38,840 nucleotides of DNA from Actinomycetota bacterium (lineage in GTDB: Bacteria > Actinomycetota > Acidimicrobiia > Acidimicrobiales > Microtrichaceae), in contig WLLG01000001.1 of NCBI GenBank assembly GCA_009700815.1, forward strand, positions 1-38,840, given 5' to 3'. The notes under the pieces are model-generated. The model was not told the origin of the DNA, did no database searches, and saw only the letters and a program-made list of their open reading frames with translations. Of this stretch, positions 18,586 to 27,155 are shown one piece after another (position 1 is the first letter of the stretch; each line of letters begins with the position of its first letter). The translations under genes were made by a program, and so were the position numbers.

Positions 18586-21500
18586 TCAGACCACAACTGC
18601 TTCATGGCCTAACAACGCCCGCAGCTCCCCCACAAGGCCGCTCTGCGTGCTCACCATGTACTGCTCTGGCAATTGCAGAACGTGGGTCTCATCGAGCAGC
18701 AGAAGCACCTGCGAGGTACCTGGGAAGTCCAAAAACAACTCCTTGAGGCGCTTGACTGTGGTGTCATTCAAGCGCGTTGGACTCAGATGCAGGCGCAGCG
18801 GCGGATCGGTCTCTGGCATCGCATCAAAAATCTCTATGTCAGTAGCAATCAGCTTGGGAGTGTCGTCTCGTTTATCAACGCGACCTCCGATCAAGACAAC
18901 TGCATCTTCGGCGAGGAGGTGGCCGATTTCTGTCATCGTGCGAGGGAAAACCATGACCTCGACTACCCCCTGCAAGTCTTCGAGTGTAAAGACCGCCATG
19001 AGGTCACCCTTCTTGGTCCACTTTCGCTGCAGGCCAGAAATCACACCCCCTACTGTGCGGCGAGCCCCGTCTTCGACATCGGCCTCGAAAAGCTCGGGCA
19101 GGGTGCAGTCAGTTTTCTTGCGTAGGGCCGTCTCTGCGCCGAGCAACGGGTGATCCGAGACGTACATCCCCAGCATTTCCTTTTCGAATACCAACCGCTG
19201 CTTTTTATCGAAGTCGCTGGTTGGAATAACCACCCGTTCATCAAAGGCTGGTGAAGCAGTTTCGGCCTCTGCGAACAGCGACATCACACCCATCTCGTGC
19301 TCTTTCCGACGAGCCACGGTTTGATCGATAATCTGTTCGTAGACCATCAGGAGGCCTTGGCGGGAGTGACCCATCGAGTCAAAAGAACCTGCCTTGATGA
19401 GGGCTTCAATGGTTTTTTTGTTCAAGACCTGAGTGTTGACCCGCTGCGAAAAATCATAGAAGTCTATAAAGGCTCCCTGGTCTTCTCGCTCAGTCACGAT
19501 GTGTGCAACAAGGCCCGCTCCCACATTTCGAACAGCAGACAAGCCGAAGAGAATGCGTCGCTCCTCGGTTCCGTCTTCAGCCTCGCCGATTACGGGAGTG
19601 AAATCGGTTGTGGAGCCGTTCACATCTGGAACCACAACCTCGATCCCCATGGCCCTGCATTCAGCTAAGAAGATCGCAGCCTTATCCAACGAGGTGCGAA
19701 CACTCGTCAACAGTGCCGCAAGATACTCCGCTGGATAGTTCGCCTTTAGATACGCCGTTTGATAAGCGATGTAGCCATATCCGTAGGCATGAGACTTGTT
19801 GAATGCATAGTCCGCAAAGGGTTCAATAATGTCGAACCAAGCAGTTCCGAGTTCTTGGCCGTAGCCAGTAGCGACGCATCCCTCAGTGAACTTAATCCGC
19901 TCGCGCGCAATTAATTCTTTGTCTTTTTTGCCACAGGCCTTTCGCAGGTTGTCCGCCTCAGCGAGTGAGTAGCCGGCGAATTTCTGCGCAATCCGCATCA
20001 TGGATTCCTGATACACCATGAGCGCATAGGTATCTCCGAGTACATCTTGAGCATCGGGATGCAAATACTCAACGGGCTTGCGGCCGTTTTTGCGGTCTGC
20101 ATAGTCGTAGTGCATGTTTGCCGCCATCGGTCCCGGCCGATACAGGGCAACTAGTGCGGCGACATCTTCAAACTCGGTCGGGGCCAAGGAGCGCATCAAG
20201 GCACGAATCGGCGATGACTCCAACTGAAAGACCCCGATGGAGTCGCCACGCGAAAGCAATGCGTACGTGGCTTCGTCCTCAAGGTCGACATTATCGATGT
20301 CAACCTCGATGCCCCGAGTTTGCTGGATCAAGGCCAATGCGTCAGAGATCACGTCAAGGTTTCTCAGGCCAAGAAAGTCCATTTTCAACAGGCCGAGGTC
20401 TTCAACGCCGTGCATCTCGTACTGAGTAACGACGGGCGCATCCTCGGGGTTCTTTCCCGACTCGGGCTTTCGCTGAATGGGCAGATAATCCGTCAGCGGC
20501 TCTTTGGTAATCACTACTGCCGCAGCATGGATACCATCGCCACGGCGTAGACCCTCAAGACCCTTCGCTACTTCGATTACTTCTCTTGCATCTGGGTCCT
20601 CGTGATACATCTGGCGGATGTCGGCGGCCATCTTGTATCCGTCGAGATACTTCGGGTGCTCTTCAAGGCATGCATACAGGGGCGTATCTCGGCCCATCAC
20701 GAGAGCAGGCATGGCCTTGGCAACTTTGTCACCCACGGAATAGGGCTTGCCGAGCACGCGCGCAGCATCGCGTACGGCTGCACGGGCCTTGATCGTCGAG
20801 AAGGTAACGATTTGAGCAACTCGGTCTCGGCCGTAGCGCTCGGCCGCATAGCGGATCATCTCATCGCGGTATCTCGAGTCGAAGTCCATGTCGATATCAG
20901 GCATCGAGACTCGACTTGGATTCAAGAATCGCTCAAAGAGCAGGTCGTATTTAATTGGGTCAAGGTCGGTGATGCGCAAGCAGTACGCAACTGCGCAGCC
21001 TGCGGCAGAGCCTCGACCTGGGCCAACGCGAATGTTGCTGTCGCGTGCATGCTTGATCAGATCCCAGGTAATGAGGAAATACGAGGAGAACCCCATATCG
21101 CCAATGACTTTGAGTTCATAGGCCAAGCGCTCAAGAACAGTGTCTGGAAGGTCGGATCCCCATCGGGCATGAGCACCAGCAAAGGTCAGGTGTTCAAGAT
21201 ATGCGGCGTCATCTGCGAATCCCTCGGGTAACGGGAAATTAGGCAGAAGCGGCTTACCGAACTCAATTTCCAGTTCGCAGCGTTCAGCTATCCAGAGTGA
21301 GTTATCGCAAGCCACCTCTACCTCTCGAAAGAGGTAGCGCATCTCTTCAGCAGTCTTGAGGTAGTGGTGATCCCCATGAAAGCGAAAGCGATCAGGATCG
21401 CTCAGCTGTGAACCTGTCTGCACGCAGAGCAGCGCATCATGCGCAACAGCATCGCCCTGATTCACATAGTGGCTGTCGTTCGTTGCAAGGAGGGGCAACT

Positions 21501-22137
21501 TCAGTCGCTTTGCCAGCTGAATGAGTTGCGGATTCGTTCGCAATTGATCGGGGATTCCGTGGTCTTGAATCTCTACAAAAAGGTGGTCGCGGCCAAAAAT
21601 GTCGAGCAGGCGACCAGCACGCTCACATGCGGCATCGAACCCTTGGTTCATCATCGCCTGCAGCACATGGCCACCTAGACAACCAGTGGTAACGATCAGA
21701 CCTTCGGAATGCTCCTCAAGAATCTCCCAATCGACCTTGGGCTTGCGGTAGTAGCCCTCCATAAAGGCCCTGGAGGAGAGCTGAATCAGGTTTTTGTACC
21801 CCACCTGGTTCTCTACCAATGTGGTCAGGTGGTAATACGCCTTCTTACCGCCCTCTACCTCGCCACCTGAGTCATCCATGCGTGAACCACGCAGTTGAAG
21901 TCGCTCATCACGATGCTCATGAGCCATGTACAGCTCGCTACCGATGATCGGCTTGACCCCTGCCTTATTGCATTCTTGGTAGAAGTCCAAGACGCCGTAC
22001 ATGTTGCCGTGGTCGGTAATACCCATGGCTGGTTGGCCATCTTTGACTGCCGAGGCAACAACATCGCCAATGCGCGCCGCACCGTCGAGCATCGAATACT
22101 CGGTGTGCTGATGAAGATGGACAAAAGAATCCGCCAC
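18586..22137 (-). CDS. dnaE: DNA polymerase III alpha subunit (DnaE1 type)
   Basis: HLHQHTEYSMLDG, GPGRGSAAG, FERFLNP.R.SMPDIDMDF, KMDFLGL, YAFNKSH, C-terminal OB fold; GGAGG SD. Confidence 0.97.
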   Translation of the reverse strand: MADSFVHLHQHTEYSMLDGAARIGDVVASAVKDGQPAMGITDHGNMYGVLDFYQECNKAGVKPIIGSELYMAHEHRDERLQLRGSRMDDSGGEVEGGKKAYYHLTTLVENQVGYKNLIQLSSRAFMEGYYRKPKVDWEILEEHSEGLIVTTGCLGGHVLQAMMNQGFDAACERAGRLLDIFGRDHLFVEIQDHGIPDQLRTNPQLIQLAKRLKLPLLATNDSHYVNQGDAVAHDALLCVQTGSQLSDPDRFRFHGDHHYLKTAEEMRYLFREVEVACDNSLWIAERCELEIEFGKPLLPNFPLPEGFADDAAYLEHLTFAGAHARWGSDLPDTVLERLAYELKVIGDMGFSSYFLITWDLIKHARDSNIRVGPGRGSAAGCAVAYCLRITDLDPIKYDLLFERFLNPSRVSMPDIDMDFDSRYRDEMIRYAAERYGRDRVAQIVTFSTIKARAAVRDAARVLGKPYSVGDKVAKAMPALVMGRDTPLYACLEEHPKYLDGYKMAADIRQMYHEDPDAREVIEVAKGLEGLRRGDGIHAAAVVITKEPLTDYLPIQRKPESGKNPEDAPVVTQYEMHGVEDLGLLKMDFLGLRNLDVISDALALIQQTRGIEVDIDNVDLEDEATYALLSRGDSIGVFQLESSPIRALMRSLAPTEFEDVAALVALYRPGPMAANMHYDYADRKNGRKPVEYLHPDAQDVLGDTYALMVYQESMMRIAQKFAGYSLAEADNLRKACGKKDKELIARERIKFTEGCVATGYGQELGTAWFDIIEPFADYAFNKSHAYGYGYIAYQTAYLKANYPAEYLAALLTSVRTSLDKAAIFLAECRAMGIEVVVPDVNGSTTDFTPVIGEAEDGTEERRILFGLSAVRNVGAGLVAHIVTEREDQGAFIDFYDFSQRVNTQVLNKKTIEALIKAGSFDSMGHSRQGLLMVYEQIIDQTVARRKEHEMGVMSLFAEAETASPAFDERVVIPTSDFDKKQRLVFEKEMLGMYVSDHPLLGAETALRKKTDCTLPELFEADVEDGARRTVGGVISGLQRKWTKKGDLMAVFTLEDLQGVVEVMVFPRTMTEIGHLLAEDAVVLIGGRVDKRDDTPKLIATDIEIFDAMPETDPPLRLHLSPTRLNDTTVKRLKELFLDFPGTSQVLLLLDETHVLQLPEQYMVSTQSGLVGELRALLGHEAVVV

Positions 22138-22269
22138 GGCGGGTACGCCTCCCCAGATTTCCTACAGCACGATCGTGCCTATGGAGTCGATGCCAATGCA
22201 TGCGCATCGGTGCTCGTTGAGTATCGCGCGCCTGAGAGACAAGTTTGGACTTCCGCCCACTTGCCGGCG

Positions 22270-22290
22270 CAAAGCAGTGCGAACTGCGCT
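22270..22290 (-). terminator. Small hairpin just after the bpa stop (possible weak terminator)
   Basis: Minus strand GCAGT-TCGC-ACTGC followed by TTTG. Confidence 0.3.
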
Positions 22291-22291
22291 G

Positions 22292-22921
22292 CTAGATGTA
22301 GCCCGGGCCGGGTTCGGGAACGGAACCTGTTCTTTCGGGTAGCTCCCCTCGCACGCCCTCTAGTTGCTGACGTGCAGCCATTTGCTGAGCCACCAGCGTG
22401 GCCTGGATGCCGTGAAACAGCCCCTCGAGCCAGCCCACAAGCTGTGCTTGGGCCAGACGCAGCTCTGCCTCTGTGGGCGGCTCCGCAGAGGAGAAGTCAA
22501 AGCTCAACGTATCGAGTTCTTGGCCTAACTCCGGAGACAACGCTGTCTTCAACTCCATGATGGAACTGTCGTAAATCCGACCCAGTTGCTCTCGCGAAGC
22601 GTCATCGAGCGAAGTGTTGCGCACCTCTTCGAGTAGCTGCTTAATCATTGCCCCGATCCGAATAATTTTTCCCGGAGACTCAATCTCTATCGTTCCTTGC
22701 GCCTCGTCCAAGTCAGTGGCCATCGAATCAGCTATGCCGGCAGCAGCACCCACCCCGGGGCTCAGCATCTCCACACCCAAGCTGACCCCTGCAGCAGTCT
22801 CAGTAGAAGCAGAGTCACTAGAAGCAGAGTCACTAGAAACAGAGTCACTAGAAGCAGGCGCACTTGAAGCAGAGTCACTAGAAGCGGGCGCACCAGAGTT
22901 AGGGCTTACAGAATCAGACAT
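22292..22921 (-). CDS. bpa: Bacterial proteasome activator (Bpa/PafE, DUF2587)
   Basis: PGKIIRIGAMIKQLLEEVR, ELRLAQAQLVGWLEGLFHGIQ, C-terminal PGYI with penultimate Tyr. Confidence 0.92.
   Translation of the reverse strand: MSDSVSPNSGAPASSDSASSAPASSDSVSSDSASSDSASTETAAGVSLGVEMLSPGVGAAAGIADSMATDLDEAQGTIEIESPGKIIRIGAMIKQLLEEVRNTSLDDASREQLGRIYDSSIMELKTALSPELGQELDTLSFDFSSAEPPTEAELRLAQAQLVGWLEGLFHGIQATLVAQQMAARQQLEGVRGELPERTGSVPEPGPGYI
22806..22895. repeat. 15-bp in-frame tandem repeat x6 in the bpa 5' end (SSDSA/SSAPA)
   Basis: GAAGCAGAGTCACTA and variants in exact register. Confidence 0.92.
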
Positions 22922-22950
22922 GACAGGATCCTACTCAGGGCAAATCTTGT

Positions 22951-24102
22951 TCAGTTACGAGCAATCAGAAGCGGAACCATGACTTCGGCCGAGGTCATTG
23001 ACCCGTGTCGGCCCTGCAGCACAAAGGGCCCCGTGTCCGCTACATCTTCAAAAGCAATAGGTTCACGAGCGACGAGCGCTACGTCCCCCAGCCGATCCAG
23101 AGCAGCAGGAAGAACCTTGGGGCCGAACCACCCCTCGTCCAAGGTCTGCTCTTTCGAGACCACCCAAGCAACATCGCTATGGAACTGCGTTGCCGCAGCG
23201 AGCAGGTCTCTTTGCGACCCCGGGCGAGCGTGTAGCCATCTGAATCTGGCCTCACCCGATTGCCAAGCAACCTTGCTCAGCACCTCGGAATTGGGCATGA
23301 CCACTCGCGAGCCAACGTCAACATGGCCGTGGTCAGCAGTAATCACAAGTGCTGCGCCAGCGGGGAGTTGCTCAATCAGGTACTCGACGAAGCGGTCAAC
23401 AAAGACCAGCTCCGCGTCATAAAAGGAATTCAGACCGTACTCGTGGGCGACCTTGTCGATCCCGTCGTAATAGGCATAGACGAAAGGTTCACCCGCTTGG
23501 AGTTGGTGGCCGATTTCCGCAACCAGCGTGGAGTTCATGCGATACGGAACGTGTCTACATCCGCCAAGATGAGCTCGCGTAAAGCCAGTATCACGAAACT
23601 CTGCGCGAACTACAACAGGTGGTCGCTGACCACCAAAGGCAACTTCGGACTGAATCGATTCGGGCGGAATTGCCTCTCGAGCGTCCCCCTTTGCAGTCGT
23701 CCACCTGAGCACGTTCAGGATCTCAGAATCCACGCTCATCCGGTAGCCAATCACTCCGTGCTCCCCAGGCGGAAGTCCCGTCGTAATAGACGTAAGAGCA
23801 GTTGCAGTGGTTGTCGGCGCGACCGTCGTGATTGGTGCAGCCTGCATCTTGGTGAACCCACGCAAGAGATGCTGCCGGGCCACCATCTGCTCCCATCCAA
23901 GGCCATCCAGAACGAGAAATACGATCTGATCTACGTCTTCAAGGCCAGGGGGAAACCAGTCCGGAGCGTTTTCAGGATCGTTGATCAGCACATCAACGAT
24001 GTTGGAATTGCACGCGCCCGCGTAATCAGGAAGTACCGGCTTGTCATCTGCTACAGCGACTGTGGATGCCCACTGTGCTGATGCCGCTAGTTGGTCTCCC
24101 AC
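22951..24102 (-). CDS. Alkaline phosphatase superfamily nucleotide pyrophosphatase/phosphodiesterase
   Basis: LVLDGLG, PTTTATALTSITTG (Thr nucleophile region), DKVAH, TADHGH, GRHGS. Confidence 0.88.
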   Translation of the reverse strand: MGDQLAASAQWASTVAVADDKPVLPDYAGACNSNIVDVLINDPENAPDWFPPGLEDVDQIVFLVLDGLGWEQMVARQHLLRGFTKMQAAPITTVAPTTTATALTSITTGLPPGEHGVIGYRMSVDSEILNVLRWTTAKGDAREAIPPESIQSEVAFGGQRPPVVVRAEFRDTGFTRAHLGGCRHVPYRMNSTLVAEIGHQLQAGEPFVYAYYDGIDKVAHEYGLNSFYDAELVFVDRFVEYLIEQLPAGAALVITADHGHVDVGSRVVMPNSEVLSKVAWQSGEARFRWLHARPGSQRDLLAAATQFHSDVAWVVSKEQTLDEGWFGPKVLPAALDRLGDVALVAREPIAFEDVADTGPFVLQGRHGSMTSAEVMVPLLIARN

Positions 24103-24237
24103 CGGTACGTTCTCCTTGGTCTGTACATCCCCAAGCTAGCGAGGTTGGGGCCATGACTGACAATAAATCTGGTTCGGCTTGAGCTGAAGTTGCAGTCTGT
24201 CTTCACCAAGGGCCTTCACCCGCCTACGATACGCGAC

Positions 24238-24690
24238 GTGAAGGTCTCGACACGAGGTGACTATGCGAGTCGAGCTCTGCTCTCTCTAGCGCTGCATTCC
24301 GATGCCGGGCCCACCTCGGTTCGAGACATTGCTGAGCGCACTGCTCTCCCCCAGCCGTACCTAGAGCAGATCCTGTTGGCGCTCAAAGGTGCGGGACTCG
24401 TGCGGTCCAAACGTGGTGTGGGTGGTGGGTACACCCTTGCCCGTGAAGCCTCTGAAATTACGCTGGCTCAAATAGTTTCAGCAGTTGATGGCCCTATCCA
24501 GGCTGGAGACTTTGGACAGCCGCACACTGATGGATCTTGTGACCACGAAGGGCAGTGTGTGCTGCTTGCAATCTGGAATGACGCAGGTAGGCAAATGCGG
24601 TCTCTACTTGAGGCCTACACACTTGAAGACTTGGCGGCAATCACAGACGGAAAGCAGCCTTGGCCCAGCGACGGGGAATTGGCCAACTAG
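24238..24690 (+). CDS. Rrf2 family transcriptional regulator
   Basis: MKVSTRGDYA, YLEQIL..LK.AGLV.SKRG.GGGY.LA; GTG 24238 follows TACGAT by 7 nt. Confidence 0.93.
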   Translation: MKVSTRGDYASRALLSLALHSDAGPTSVRDIAERTALPQPYLEQILLALKGAGLVRSKRGVGGGYTLAREASEITLAQIVSAVDGPIQAGDFGQPHTDGSCDHEGQCVLLAIWNDAGRQMRSLLEAYTLEDLAAITDGKQPWPSDGELAN

Positions 24691-25631
24691 CTGAACCGGT
24701 TCAACACTCCCTGCAGATCGGCAGGAAGCGTCGAGGTAAAACTCACCTGCTCGCGAGTGGCCGGGTGCACAAAGCTCAGTTCCCTTGCATGCAAGAAAGG
24801 TCGAGGGGCCGAGAAACTCCTTCGCAGGCCACCGTAGGTGTCGTCACCGACTACCGCGTGACCAATGGACGCAAGGTGTACACGGATCTGATGAGTCCGA
24901 CCTGTCTCGAGCTGACAGGTAATCAGCGAAACCTCGACCGGCTCGGTGAACTCTGCGTCCACGCGGTAATGCGTTCGAGATTCTCGCCCATCAACGGCCA
25001 CTGTCATACGAAGTGGGTCTCGCCGAGAACGCCCGATAGGGGCATCAACGACTCCCTGAGGGTGCTCAAATCTGCGCCAGGCAAGCGCTGTATAGATTCG
25101 AACTACTGAATGGTCAGAGAGTTGCCCGACTAAGTCCTCATAGGCGGCTTGGGTTCGAGCTACTACCAAGAGTCCCGAGGTTCCCCGGTCTAAACGGTGA
25201 ACTAATCCGGGACGAAACTCCTCACCCACCGAGGCAAGTTCTGGAAACTGCGCAATGAGACCATGAACCAACGTCGATCCAGAGTGGCCAGCACCCGGGT
25301 GCACGACCAGGCCAGCTGGCTTGTCAATCACAATCAGGGTCTCGTCCTCATAGACCACACCAAACTCAACCGAGGAATCCGCGACCACTTTGGAGACGGG
25401 TCGGACTGGATGCGACAGAACCGCAACAGTGTCCTCAGCTAGCAAACGGTGCGATGGCTTTGTCAGCACATTGTCATTCACCAGCACTTGCTCATCATTG
25501 ATCAGCGCAACTGCTTCTGCGCGTGAGCATTCAGTAAGGAGCGCAACGATTCGATCTATTCGCTCGCCAGCAAGGGCCTCTGGAATGGTCTCGCGGATAT
25601 ACGGATCAGGATGTGCTGCGGCCTCAGCCAT
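24687..25631 (-). CDS. rluD: RluA/RluD family 23S rRNA pseudouridine synthase with S4 domain
   Basis: DKPAGLVVHP, HRLDRGTSG, LETGRTHQIRVH, FLHA; follows lspA. Confidence 0.92.
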   Translation of the reverse strand: MAEAAAHPDPYIRETIPEALAGERIDRIVALLTECSRAEAVALINDEQVLVNDNVLTKPSHRLLAEDTVAVLSHPVRPVSKVVADSSVEFGVVYEDETLIVIDKPAGLVVHPGAGHSGSTLVHGLIAQFPELASVGEEFRPGLVHRLDRGTSGLLVVARTQAAYEDLVGQLSDHSVVRIYTALAWRRFEHPQGVVDAPIGRSRRDPLRMTVAVDGRESRTHYRVDAEFTEPVEVSLITCQLETGRTHQIRVHLASIGHAVVGDDTYGGLRRSFSAPRPFLHARELSFVHPATREQVSFTSTLPADLQGVLNRFS

Positions 25632-26253
25632 CGGCAGAATCAGCCCCAGCGGAATCTGTCGCTACACCTGTCTGATCATCTGTCTGATCATCTGTCTCAT
25701 CATCTGTAGAAGCAGCTGCAGCTGTGTCCTCCTCGACCGGTGCACGTATGCCGATCAGGACTAGGCCGATACCACCCACGACGATTGCGGCATCGGCAAT
25801 ATTGAAGATTGGCCACCATTGCAGGTCGATGAAGTCAACAACTGCGCCGGACATAAATCCGGTGCCAAAGTTCGGCGCTTCTCCGACGCGGCTCATACGG
25901 TCAATCACATTGCCAACAGCACCGCCCACCACAATGCCAATGAATACCAGTTGCAGGATCGATGTGGACTTTCTGGCAATGAAGATCAGAACTCCAGCAA
26001 CAACCAGTGCAACGAGGCCGATGAGTGGGCCTTTGCCTGCACCCTTCGAAAATGCCATTCCTGTATTGAATGCCAGGTTGAATCGCAGTGAGAACAGCAC
26101 ATCCACCATCTCTCCAGAACTCAAGCGCCGCAACGCCCAAACCTTGGAAAGTTGGTCAAGTAATACTACCGATATGGTGGCGAGGCCGACTGCGCCCCAG
26201 CGCTGAAGGGCAGTGATCTTGGGGGGATGTGATGTCAATGGAACAGATTCCAT
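25624..26253 (-). CDS. lspA: Lipoprotein signal peptidase II
   Basis: LDQLSK, NTGMAFS, GAVGNVIDR, VVDFI, FNIAD; ATG 26253 with GAGGGG SD. Confidence 0.93.
   Translation of the reverse strand: MESVPLTSHPPKITALQRWGAVGLATISVVLLDQLSKVWALRRLSSGEMVDVLFSLRFNLAFNTGMAFSKGAGKGPLIGLVALVVAGVLIFIARKSTSILQLVFIGIVVGGAVGNVIDRMSRVGEAPNFGTGFMSGAVVDFIDLQWWPIFNIADAAIVVGGIGLVLIGIRAPVEEDTAAAASTDDETDDQTDDQTGVATDSAGADSADG
25668..25707. repeat. 12-bp in-frame tandem repeat x3.3 in the lspA 3' end (TDDE-TDDQ-TDDQ)
   Basis: CTGTCTGATCAT repeated. Confidence 0.88.
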
Positions 26254-26263
26254 TAGCCCCTCA

Positions 26264-27040
26264 TCAGCGGAAACTACGAGTCTTGAATTCCACGCGCTCT
26301 CGTGCATACGGGATTGCTTTGAGTCGGTCCCGTGGAATGGCGAGCCCTGAGTATTCGCAGATTCCGTAGGTTCCCTTCTTGACTCGCTCAAGTGCGTCGT
26401 CGATCTCTTCCACCACGTGCATAGCCGATGCTGCACGAGTCAGGTCGAAGTCGCGCTCCACAGCTAGGGTGTCGCCCTCGCCAGACTCGTCGTCGAACTG
26501 CACGTCACCGGGTTCGCGATCACGTGCGAGTGCATCGGCTTCGGCAGTTAGTGCTTGGGCCTGTGATAGCAGGGTCGCTCGTTGTTCGTTGAGTAGAGCA
26601 ACTTGTGAGTCGAGGAACTTCTTGTCAAGAGGTTTCGGAGCAGGCACCTTTTTAGGCACGTCTTTTTTCGGTGGTACAACGTTCTTTGCTTGCACGTCTT
26701 TTTTCGGTGGTGCAGCTTTTTTGCCCGGGGGGGTCTTTTCCACTGGTACTGCTTTCTTAGGAGGGGTGCTCTGTTTAGCAGGTGCAGCCTTCTTCGCTGG
26801 TACAGCTTTCTTTACCGGCGCAGCCTTCTTTACCGGCGCAGCCTTCTTTACCGGCGCAGCCTTCTTTACCGGCGCAGCCTTCTTCGCTGGTACAGCCTTC
26901 TTCGCTGGCGCAGCTTTCTTTACCGGCGCAGCCTTCTTAGCTGGTACAGCCTTCTTCGCTGGTAGAGCCTTCTTCGCTGGCGCAGCTTTCTTTACCGGCG
27001 CAGCCTTGCTGGGTGTTGCTGCAGAACGCTTCACAGGCAT
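26264..27040 (-). CDS. DksA/TraR-family protein with histone-H1-like N-terminal repeats
   Basis: C-terminal EIDDALER...GTYGICEYSG..IP..RL.AIPYA; N-terminal KKAAP(A/V) repeats; upstream of lspA as in other actinobacteria. Confidence 0.88.
   Translation of the reverse strand: MPVKRSAATPSKAAPVKKAAPAKKALPAKKAVPAKKAAPVKKAAPAKKAVPAKKAAPVKKAAPVKKAAPVKKAAPVKKAVPAKKAAPAKQSTPPKKAVPVEKTPPGKKAAPPKKDVQAKNVVPPKKDVPKKVPAPKPLDKKFLDSQVALLNEQRATLLSQAQALTAEADALARDREPGDVQFDDESGEGDTLAVERDFDLTRAASAMHVVEEIDDALERVKKGTYGICEYSGLAIPRDRLKAIPYARERVEFKTRSFR
26648..27007. repeat. 18-bp in-frame tandem repeat, about 20 units encoding KAAPVK-type hexapeptides
   Basis: 13 near-perfect units (26774-27007) including a perfect run of TACCGGCGCAGCCTTCTT, then about 7 degenerate units. 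Confidence 0.95.
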
Positions 27041-27065
27041 GTGTTCAGTCTCCTCAGCTATTCGG

Positions 27066-27079
27066 GGAACGAGTGTTCA
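27066..27079. promoter_or_regulatory. Possible LexA box upstream of the dksA-like gene
   Basis: GAAC-GAGT-GTTC core 26 bp upstream of the ATG; outer bases deviate from CGAAC-N4-GTTCG. Confidence 0.3.
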
Positions 27080-27155
27080 CACGGTCGAATAGTGCGAGCA
27101 GACTAGCCGGGCAGCCGCACTTCGTCATCCAGAATTGCATTTACCTTGTAAAAAG

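Noticed and set aside
18586-22137. Intein or split in dnaE
   Set aside because: Normal length (1183 aa) and the FADYAFNKSH insertion region is uninterrupted.
21895-22560. 221-aa plus-strand ORF
   Set aside because: Overlaps dnaE and bpa antisense, with no motif support.
23260-24081. 273-aa plus-strand ORF
   Set aside because: Antisense shadow of the phosphodiesterase gene.
26254-26436. Long N-terminal extension of LspA
   Set aside because: Overlaps the dksA-like gene; ATG 26253 has a good SD.
26379-27092. 237-aa Phe/Ala/Gly-rich plus-strand ORF that looks like a membrane protein
   Set aside because: It is the reverse complement of the KKAAP repeat, which contains no stop codons in that frame.
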